Assembly (NCBI GenBank): GCA_054661495.1
Contig: BAAFSQ010000016.1
Coordinates: 30,001 to 62,000, forward strand
Origin: Zygophlyctis sp. KS116
Taxonomy: Eukaryota; Fungi; Chytridiomycota
DNA length: 32,000 bases
Direction of reading: 5' to 3'
The notes under the pieces are model-generated. The model worked only from the letters and a program-made list of their open reading frames with translations. It did no database searches and was not told the DNA's origin. Shown here piece by piece: positions 11,656 through 22,300 of the stretch. Positions within the stretch are counted from its first letter, which is position 1. Each line of letters opens with the position of its first letter. Position numbers and translations under genes: made by a program.

Positions 11656-13462
11656 TTATTTATTTAGAATAGTTTGTTCATCATCAAAATCTTCTTCTTC
11701 TTCTTCCCTTTCAGGTGGTATGACTATAGTATTAAAGCTATTTTCAGCGTGACTTGCAAACCATAATTCGAATTCATCCTTTAGTATAGCTGGAATTCCA
11801 TAATCCCGTTGATCATCAGTCTCCTCGTCTTCAGAGTCAGAGTCATCTGAAAAACATACAAAACAGTGATCAGGTTCCAGGCCAGCTGGGAGTAGAGATC
11901 CATTCAAAAAATACTTTATCGCATTCCGTATTTTCCCCTCAAAATTTGAATCATTCAACAAATCATCAAATTCTGAAACAAACTTATCTTCAATTATATC
12001 CCTCCAATGGAATAGCTCTGTACCATTCAAAACTGCCTTCCTAAAAGGACGCATAACATGTTGAGAATCAGTAAATTTAAAAATCCCAGAATTTAATGTT
12101 GGAAATTGTTCTGGGACACGATTTTTATCTGCCAAAGGTTGTTTTTCTACGTCCAAATGTGCCGGTTCTACAACTTCAACACCTGATCTAGCCTTATCAT
12201 TAGATGTATCCAAAGAGAGACATTTTGGAATCTGCCAAGTGATTTTTGGATGAACTTTATTTCCTCCGTTTTGATGATAATGAAACATTGAAAGAAAAGA
12301 ATTAAAAAACTCTTCTTCTGTTTCAGAAGGAACACCCCATGCTGAATCTTTTTCAATCTCTGCCTGAACTACTTTGAATGCAATATTTCGAGATAGGAAG
12401 TAATCCCGAACAAACTCCTCGTGTATAAAACCTACTATAAATGAAGGAAATCTAATTCGAACTATTTCTAACCAGGACCTGAACTCTGGATAAACTAGTG
12501 CCAAAGAGTCTGGAAATTCTTGATATTCGTTCCCATGCTTCTATAATATAAAAAATAAAAAAATATTTTACAACTCCTAAAACAGGCTGCATTTTTGCAT
12601 TTCTTTTCTTCTCTTTCACTTTTGAATCTAATAGTCCAGCACCAATTCTTTCAGAAAACCAATCACTAAAATCATCTGCCCAATCTTCTGGAATAGCAAT
12701 CAAAGGTATTCCATTCTTATTTATAGCAGCACAATACATTATATCTCTCCAATGTAACCGTGTAGATAAGAAATCATGTACTGCTTGTTCGATTCTAAAT
12801 TTGTCTGTAAAATTTAAATGACTTAGAGATCCAGGATGCGTAGATTTAATAATTTCAGCCCAACATATTAACGACTCTTGTAATTGATTAGACCATGAAA
12901 CATATTTTGCTGGATCAATTTCAATTGGCGGTAATTCCTTTTCCTGTTTTGGAGTTGATTCTACAGACTTTCTGACAGGAGTCCTCTTCTTCTTTTCCAC
13001 TTCCTTTTTCCTGTCAACTTCTCTTTTTCTCTCCGCTTCCTTTTTCTTCTTGTTGACAGGATTCTTATTAATTTTAGAGCTTGAGAATGTTTTCTTTGGT
13101 ACAGAATTCTTGGGCGTATCGCTACAAACTTGCCTAGACGTTTCAGATGTCCTGGGTGTAACAAACTGGTTTTGATGGTGTTTGTATACTTTTGTATTAT
13201 GTTTTTCCTTTAAAGTTTTCCAATGATTTTCCATATGATTTTCCTGATGATTTTCCTTATGATTTTCCAGAGAGAATTCATATTGTGTAATTGTATCCTG
13301 CGTGCCTGTTAATTTTCCCTCTAATTCAGATATTTTACATATTTTCCTGGATATATTCTCTTCCATTGCAACAATTAATAGTGATTTTGACTCTACTTCC
13401 TGTCGTAACCTCAGAATATCTTCCAGCGTTGAAATATACTTGTCCTGATAATCAATTTTCAT
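11656..13462 (-). CDS. Novel family member C: coiled coil + 3 modules
   Basis: MKIDYQDKYISTLED. Modules: CWAEIIKSTHPG...AIPEDWADDFSDWF, SWLEIVRIRFP...WGVPSETEEEF and HWRDIIEDKF...YGIPAILKDEFELWF. Intron 12571..12541 joins the two ORFs in frame. An alternative ATG is at 13498. Confidence 0.8.
13223..13268. repeat. 12-bp coding repeat x4 (ENHK/ENHQ/ENHM/ENHW)
   Basis: atgattttcc recurs with period 12. Confidence 0.8.
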
Positions 13463-13501
13463 TTTAAAAAATTTATTTTCCCAAAAAAACTCCATCATTG
13501 G

Positions 13502-15415
13502 CTAAAATAGCCGTTGTAATTCCTCTCTAGCCCAATCAAGGAAACTAGACTCTAGAAATTTAGGAACTCCAAAAGTTGTAAACATTGTATCATGTGCACG
13601 GGCCTGTAATTTACACAATTTTACATTTTCAGATCCCAATCTACCTCTAAGCCATTGAAGGACATTCTTCTTCATTATAAGACGTTTATCCTTGTCTTGT
13701 GTATTGTAATTTGGCATTAAAATTGTAAGTAATCTGTACATTTAGTAAAAATTAGTTATTACGTATTGTATCTAGTCATTGGAGGCTCTTTTTTAGGAGA
13801 TCCATTAGTGATAGAATTGTTGTTCACAATTGTTAAATCTTTGGTACTAGGAGCAGAGACTTGATCAAAGGAGGGAATGATGTTTTTCATTCTTTCTGGT
13901 AACACAGGATTTTGAGGTAAATCTTGAAAGGTTATAGAGTCTTTAATACTAGGCTCTAAAACTTCTTCTTGCTGAGAGTTTGAGAGAGAAGGATAAAATC
14001 TTGCTGTAAAGTCTTTCACATATTTATCCATCAAATTTGGTGGGATTCCCATTGATGAATGATTACCAACAGAGACAGATTTTGGAGATATTCCATTTTC
14101 TGTACAAAAGTTCATGGTAAATGTGATAAAACGTTTTTCTACTCCAATTTCTTTATCAAGACGCTGTTTTAAGAGTAAATCCCATGGTATCCATCCTTGG
14201 GTTGACTTTGATGATTCCAATACAGATCCAGAGACTCTATTGAAAATTTGGCTTTCTAAATCACGCATTTTTAGAGATTCATTAAATGATTTAGGAATAT
14301 TTTTAGAGGGAAGATCATAGCCTGTAGATTCCATTAATTCATCAATATCATCCAGAGCATTATTTATAATAATAGGACTCTTTGAAATTTCTTCTTCTTG
14401 GACTGATACAACATCATTCTCCTGAATGGGTTCAATTACCATACTTTGACCAGACTCCAGCTCTACCTCTTCTATTTCATCCAGTACAGATGGTATTATT
14501 TTCATGGTAAACCTTTGTTCAGTTTGAGGAACATAATCAGCCTTGTCTGACTCTAATTCAGACTCTGTATCACTAATTTTAGGAATATGTTTCTTTTTTT
14601 GATATTTCTCGACTACCTTTTCTTTAAAAGACAATTCAGGAGCTTCTTTCTCCATACTATCTTCATCAAAGAGTTTAACAAGTGCTGGATCTACTTTTGG
14701 GCTTTCTATTATTTGATTTGTAATAGATTTCCTTTTCAAAGGAGATCCAACCTCATCCTTGTTCTTTAACCTGAAAAATACTTACAACTTTAAAAACTCT
14801 CTTCTTCTTCTTAGCCTTTGGAGAAGAAAAAAGCCCTTCATCAATCTTTCGATCAAGATAATCATTATACTTGTTCACAAATCCCTTTGGAATATGTTCT
14901 GGATCAAGTGGTAGTTTGTATTTTTTCTGGAAATGTATAGTAGTATTTTTCAATTGTGTTTTTTCTCTGTTTGTGAGCATTCCAACAGTCCCAGAATGTC
15001 TAGAGTCTATTATAGAAGTAAGAGGAATCTGTTCTGCAAGATCTCCATCTGTTTCTGATCCTGAAGAGTCATAGACTGAGCTTTCCGAATCTGAATCTGA
15101 AACTAATTCTATTCTTCTTTTCCTAATTTCTCCTCTTGTTTGAACTAATTCTCTTCTTCTCAAATCTATTTCACCTCCAACATTTGTTTCTCTTCTTTCC
15201 TCTATTCCATCCGTCGTATGAGCTAGCTGCCCAGTTGAATAAACTATTTCTCTTGTTCTGTTGATCCTCTCTTGTTTCAAGTCTGGCAAGTTTGGCTTCA
15301 ACAGCTGAGCCTTGAGATCGATCACTTCACTCTGCAATGAGTTGACCTTGCCTTGAAGAATGATCTTATCGTTCAACAGTTGAATGTATTTGTCCTTGTA
15401 ATATTCAATGCTCAT
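13502..15415 (-). CDS. Novel family member D: coiled coil + 3 modules
   Basis: MSIEYYKDKYIQLL. Modules: IPLTSIIDSRHSG...HIPKGFVNKYNDYL, WIPWDLLLKQRL...MGIPPNLMDKY and RYNTLLTILMP...TFGVPKFLESSFLDW. Introns at 14785..14764 (22 nt) and 13762..13734. Confidence 0.8.
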
Positions 15416-15483
15416 AAATTTATCAGCCCAAGCCTCAAACATTCCAAATCAAAGCCCTCACACGGCAAAATTCCATTAAATAC

Positions 15484-17561
15484 TTAAAATATGTCTACAG
15501 CAATACGTTCCCAGTCCTGAAGTGGGACGTTTTCAATTCCATACATTCCCCGCAACAATAATATTCCCCATTGTTTAAAGCCAGCATGCCATTCAATAGG
15601 AATTCCAAAAGTTGAGATAATATTGCCAGAATCAGATTCTACAGAGATTATATTTTCCAACAGTCGTGCACTAGAGCCTAATTTTTGAGAAATATATCCT
15701 TCAACGTGCTTTTTAATTGCTTGGCGATCACTTATAGGAACAGAACTAAATGTCGGCATTAGACCTGAAAGAAGACTAGTCGTTAAATAAAAAATATTAC
15801 TCTGTATAAATTGTTAAACTTGTTTTTTCATTTTCTGTACAAGGAAATACCATGGGAATATCAGAAAGAACATTAGTTGAAAAATAATCTTCAATCAGAG
15901 GTTCAATAGCAAATGGACTGGGTTCTACTGGGAAATTATGAATAAAGTTTTCAAACTCTGCATCTGATTCTTCACTAGTGCTTGGAGCAGTTTTGATATT
16001 CTTTTTTGGTTTTGATTCAGAAGAGGTTGGTTCTAGAGAATGTTTTAGAGATTCGCTAGATTCATTTACTTCATAGTCTTTAAATCCACGTCTATAATGT
16101 AATTCATACCATTCATAAAACTTTTCAACAAGTGAAGATGGGATCCCAAATGAACTGCGTCCTCCATGATATGATCTTATTTTAGTATCATCCTGGGAGA
16201 AATTAGTGGCATTTTTCTCCAAAAAGTCTCTTAATCCAGTCATAATATTATCAAACATAATGGTCCTAGGATCAGATAAAGCTTCATCTTTAAACTTATC
16301 CATTGCTAGATCCCTCCAACAGAAAAAGTATTCATCATTAATTTTTTTACTAGAAATACAAGGATTATTTACAAGCTCCGCGATGAGTGGTGATTCTTGT
16401 TCCTGACCAGAAAGATCCTCCGACATTTTTTTAATAAAATCATCTGAAAATCCGGCAGGAATTCCCACGCATAATATTGAATTAGAGCTCTTGGTCTTTT
16501 TCTTTGGAAGCTTTTGTATTTCAAGAAAATCATCTGCAATTTGAGACATTTTAGTCAAGTCTATTGACACATGAGGCATTCGACTTTTCACAAGATCAAT
16601 CCATGGAACAAATTCATTATAATTTTGAGAATTCTAAATATTACAAAATCAAACCTACATTGGGACTTTCTAAATTGTCGTCAGACATATCTATCGTAAT
16701 CAACTGAGAATTTCTCCTAGATTTTCCGTTATTTTCTTTCTGAGAAGATGAAGAGCTTGATTTTGATTTGACTGTAGGTGTACACAATGGCGTCTTCTTT
16801 TTTATATTTTGAATCCTTTCTACAGTTCCGTCCACGACCATTTTCTCAAAAAAATCTTCAAATTCTAAAGCTAATTCATCCGGTATTCCCCATGTATATG
16901 CACCATCTCTATAGATATAGCATTTATGATATGCAACCTTGTCTAAACGATCATCTATTGTGTAAAGACTTTCACACTAAATCTTACCCAAGAATTCCAA
17001 CACATATTTTTCCCAAGAGCTATGATTATGAGGTTTAAGTAATTTAGGGTGATTTTGCTTTACAATTTTAGCCCATGCTACTAACTTATCATCATCCAAA
17101 TCTATTTTCTCCTGATTACTATGTTCCGATGGCGTGTCTGACTCAGAGTCTGAAGACAGATCATACTGACTAAACTGCTGATAGTTGAATGGCTTCTTCC
17201 CCGACACTTGCGACACTTGACTTTGATTAACAGAAACTTTTGGTTTAGATTCAGCGAAATCGGATGCCGGATTGTTCCTGCAATTATTTAAACTGATTGG
17301 TTGCTGTTCATTAGTCTGTCTAGAGTCCAGCTCTTCCAGCACCGATGAATTATGCAAAGGAGCAATAGTATGATGAGTCTTTTGATGGTGAAAAGACACT
17401 GTACAATGTGGACATTTGGAGGTTTCTATTGTGTTTATATGTTTTAACAAATCATTATTAATATTCTCCTGTTCCCTAAGCTGTGTCTGTAGAATAGTTA
17501 ACTTCTCAGTGAGGGAAATTCTCTCTTCAAGTCCAATCATGTATTTTGTTTTGAAATCCAT
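15484..17561 (-). CDS. Novel family member E: coiled coil + 4 modules
   Basis: MDFKTKYMIGLEERI. Modules: VAWAKIVKQNHP...TWGIPDELALEFEDFF, VPWIDLVKSRMP...VGIPAGFSDDF, FCWRDLAMDKF...SFGIPSSLVEKFYEWY and IYTDLLSGLMP...TFGIPIEWHAGFKQW. Introns at 16987..16955, ~16658..16634 and 15800..15776. Confidence 0.82.
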
Positions 17562-17594
17562 CTCTGGGGAAATTTACTTTTTTTCACGGCGGCG

Positions 17595-19385
17595 TTAACG
17601 CTCCCATTCGGCCAACGGCACTTTTTCTCCATACTCTTGTCTCAGCTGTACCAATGCCCATTTCTGAAAATCTAACAAATTCTCCCTGGGTACTCCATAC
17701 GATATCTTGACTGATCCATTCTTATCCTTCTGCAACAATTTACAGTCTTCCAGTGATCCAACATTTTCTAGTAGATACTCCTTTACAGAGTTACGGAGTC
17801 GAGCACGAGAACTTTTGGGCTGTGCGTTGAAGTCTGAATACAAATCTTTTAGAATTCTAATTTTTAGATTGGAAAAAATAAATACATATTATATCGAATA
17901 ACGTTTGATTTTGATTTTTTAACGCTATTACTAGGGATACATAGTCCTTCATTGATAAGAATATTATCATCTGCATCTGATTCTTGTTTTACAGCTGAAA
18001 CATTTTCTTGACTCTTTAAACATGTTTCATTATTGATTTTTTCAGAGTTCTGATCAGTAACTATATCCAGACATTTAAATCTAGATGCGAATTCTTCTTT
18101 AAACCAAGATTTAAAAGTAACTTCAAAAGGTTTGGGAATGTATAATATCTTTTGATTATCCATTTCCTCAAAAGATAGTCCGATTGAAGGATAATTATCA
18201 GTTAAAAACTTTTTAACTGCAGATTTTGCACGTTTATATAGCTCTTTATCACCCTTCATAGCTTTAACAGCTTCTGGTAAGAAAGAATTTAGCAAATCCA
18301 ACCAAATATACATAGTTATTCCTTTTAGTTTTATTTCTTTTAGACTCGTAAGTGGAGAAAATCTTTTCAAGCGAGATTCGGCGGCTTTATCAGATCTGAC
18401 TGGAGAATCATTTACATCCTTTTTAGAAGCAGAAAAAACTTCCCGATGATACTGGTCAGAAGGTAGTTTTGCTATAAGCCTTGGAGAAAAACTGTTTGAC
18501 GAGCTTGACAATTTTTCAGATCTTTTCGGAGTCAGTTTTCTTGATGAGACTTTTACAGTATCTAGTTCAAATTGATTTGATTTAAAATCTGCTTTTGTTG
18601 ATTTTTCAGAGGATGAATCATTTTCAGTTCCATCATAAACTACTATTCTCCTTGCGGGAGAATACTTTTTCCTTAAAGACCTTCCCGTCCGTCTTTTCCC
18701 CATACTCTCAGAAGTGTCAGAATCCACCGTTGAAACCGTCCCTGTTAAAATAGGCTCATCTATTTCCATTGGAATAACGTCCAACTTTACAGGTTTATCC
18801 ATTGAATCATCTTGTTTTACAGGTACTATTGAAGTTGAATCTTTTACATGTACATGATTATTTTCTTCTAATAGACAGGATCCTAGGATCTTAATCTAGA
18901 CATAAACTACCTTTATGCAGTCCTTTCTGCCACAAATCACTAAAGTATGCTGCAAATTCCACATGAAATTGTGTAGGAATCCCATAATAAAGTTTGCCAG
19001 AGGAGCAATCAGATTCGACTTTTTCTAAAACTAGATTGCGATCAGTGATAAATGTTTTGACAGCAAGATCATATAAATCAGGATTATCATTAAAAGATTT
19101 AAAGTATTTCCTGACAACATCCAGCCATGAAACAGTTTTCTCCTCGGCAACAACATTTGCAGAGATCCCAAGCTTTCTTTCCAACTCTGCAGAGTATTTG
19201 ATCAATGATTCCAACTGAGCGTTCTTTTCCTCCAAAACTCTAATCATTGTATCTCTCTCTTGAGTAATCTTTAACTTCTCTTCCAATGCAGCAATATATT
19301 TTGCCTGATACAATGAGTCTTGATCGGTTTCAGGACTTTTGGTTTGGCTGGAAAAGCTCAATGCTCTGGATAATATGTCATTCAT
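17595..19385 (-). CDS. Novel family member F: coiled coil + 3 modules
   Basis: LYQAKYIAALEEKL. Modules: VSWLDVVRKYF...YYGIPTQFHVEF, YIWLDLLNSFLP...LYIPKPFEVTFKSWF and RYNIILKDLYS...SYGVPRENLLDFQKW. Introns at ~18910..18883 and 17885..17857. ATG 19385 was chosen because the gene G stop is at 19396. Confidence 0.8.
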
Positions 19386-19395
19386 CGGTTCAAGA

Positions 19396-22300
19396 TTAGG
19401 GCTCCGGATCAGATTTATTAACACACAAATCTTGTAATAACTCGCTAATCCATTCATTAAAAGAGCTTTCTAGCATTTTTGGAATTCCCAATGTAGCAAA
19501 CAATTGTCCAGAAGGAGTTCGTGTCCAAATAACACATTCATTAGCAAAACTTTCACCTAACTTAGCTACTAACCATTTCTGCACTTGATCTCGGATTTGC
19601 ATTCTGGCTAATCTTGGAGCTTTACTAAAAGATGGCATAATGCTTAAAATCAGACTGCAATTTAAATTATAGAATAAAATACCGTGTATATCTCTTCAGA
19701 TCATGTAGATCAGCCAATGTAGTAGCAGAAAGAGAATCTGGCTTCTTTAGAGTTATTTCTGGTTCATCATCAGAACTATCATCAATGATTATTCTTTTTC
19801 TGGGAGGAGAAATGACAGTTTTTGGTGTAGCTTTTGGTGTGACTAAACCGCCTTGTTTTCTAAGTGGGCTATTTTTCGATTTTATGAGTTTTTTGGTTTT
19901 TTGATCATTTTTTGATTTTATTTCGGGAGTTTGAATATCATGATTATCAGAGATTTTAGGACTTTTCTTGTTTTCCTGATCATTGGAAGGTTTCGTCTAT
20001 CTTTAAAATAAATAAACTTACACACTTGATGCTTTTAGGAGTTTTAGTATTAATAATGATCAAATCGTCATCATTTTCTTGCTCTTCTATAATCTTTTCA
20101 TCTTTATTGGCAGCTGTATTTTTCTCGAAAGCCAAAATGTTTTCTGTTTTATCATCATCAGCTGTCTTTTTTTGATCATTTATTGATTTTATTTCAGGAG
20201 TTTGAGTGTCATGATTATCAGAGATTTTAGGACTTTCCTGGCTATTTTGATCATTGGAAGTTTTCATCTATCTTTAAAATATAAAAGCTTACACATTTGA
20301 TGCTTTTAGGAGTTGCAGTATTAATGATGATCAAATCGTCATCATTTTCTTGCTCTTCTATAATCTCTTTATCTTTATTGGCAGCTGTATTTTTCTCGAA
20401 AGCCAAAATTTCCTTATTTTCTAATGTGTCATCATCAACATCCGTAACATCCGTTTTAGTTTTTTTCGCAGTGTCATTCAAGATTGTAGACTGATCAGAT
20501 TTTCGTTTCGAGATCTTTGAAAGAATATTAGATAGATCATTTTGCACAATATTACGCATTCTAATGAATCTTCTCAAGGACTCTGTTACTTCTCGAATTA
20601 GACTCATGATAAGTCCACATTGTGATCCAAAGGCTTCGTCTATATTCAGAGACAGAGAAAGTTCCCAAATTTGGAATGGCACCTGTTCTACGCCAAATTT
20701 TTGCCTTAAAAATGAAACAGCTACCTTTTTGAAGGATTGTTCAAGATTTGCAGGGATGCCTAGAGTTGTCGCGGATTCTTTTTCAACCTTTCGAATAATT
20801 ATGCATTTATCCGCCCCTTGTTCCCCAAGTTTAGATACTAAAAATTCACGTATTCTGCCTTTAAACTGGATTCGAATTGATCGAGATATCTTATTATAAG
20901 ATGGCATTAGTTGAAGTAAAATACTAAAAATTTAATCAATATAGTTTTACCTATTATATCGAATTAAGTTCTGTGGCTTTTCATTAAAGATTACTGGGGG
21001 GAACTCCTTAATTTTTATTTCTTGGTCTAAAGCTGTAACAACTTCAGAATCGCCCGAATCTTTTTCCTTGACGCGCATTTGATCTCTACAAAAACGTTCT
21101 CTTTTTGGAGATTCATCATCCAATGATAATTTTGCACCTGCAAGTTCTTTATTGCTATTATTTTGAGCATGGTGGTTTACATCCCCTTTCTGGTCAGTCA
21201 TAATCCCTTCATTTAACTCAAGAACTTCATTTGATTTGACAGCTTCATTTATCTCCACGACTACATTTGACTCTACAACTTCATTTGATTTCACACCTTC
21301 ATTTGATTGCATAACTTCATTTGACTCAACAACTTCATTTGACTGCATAAGTTCGATTGACTCAACACCTTCATTTGAATCCACAACTTCATTTGACTCA
21401 ACAATATTTTCCAATTCTTGTTGTTTATTTTCCCCTATTTTGATAAGTGGAAAGATAAACTTACCGGGTAAGTAACTACCAAAAAGATTTTTCTTTAAAT
21501 CTGAAAGGTTTGAAGGAGGCATATATGACTGTATAGAAACAGCATCCGGGGAGCAATCTGGAGTAAGCTCTACGGGCGAACCTGGAGGAGAAACATTTGC
21601 TTCAGCGGCATTCCTAGCTGGAGTTAAGTTAACAAAATCATCATAAGTGGAACTTATGTCTGCATTGGCCGGTATGTTCACATCGCAATTATTAGCACTT
21701 GAATCTACAGCCTCTTGTTCTGTATCTTGTTCATCCGCTTTAGAGAATGCTTCATTTGAATCTATGATTTCAGACTTTTTGTTACTTGGATCTATTACAA
21801 CTGTTGCATTCTGCTCAGAAGTTAAATCAAGAGGCTGTGATTCATCTTTTCCAGGCTCTGAGAGCCAAGAAAAAGACCAAATAGGAGATGGAGGAGGTAA
21901 AGATTCAAACGCTCCGAGGAAATTGTTTTCACTAACGGCGGTAGATTCGTCATTTTCCACATTATCTTTTTTCGTATTTTGCGGATTAAACAGCTGGTCT
22001 AGTAAGCCTGAAATTTCTTGTGAGTTCAAATCATCTTCTTCAGATGCTCCATTGAAAGCTGAATGTTGCTTAAGATTAAGCCCACTTTCTATTGTGTCCG
22101 CTGAATCTAAATATGCATCGAATCCAGTTTGTAATTTAGCCTTAAACCATCCCATGAATTGTGATTCCAAAGATATGGGAATTCCAAAGGTTTTAATACT
22201 ACGAGTCGTAGAATCAACAATGCAATCAGCTAATTCAATTTTAAGTTTTCCAATATTTTCAGCAACAAACTTTCCAATAGACCAAGAAACATTTTTTTCT

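Noticed and set aside
17385-17420. CPHC...HHQKTHH segment in member E as a zinc finger
   Set aside because: Spacing does not fit a canonical C2H2 finger and it is not shared by paralogues, so the evidence is too weak to call.
21206-21403. Possible CRISPR-like array
   Set aside because: The units are contiguous 18-bp in-frame coding repeats without unique spacers, in a eukaryotic gene.
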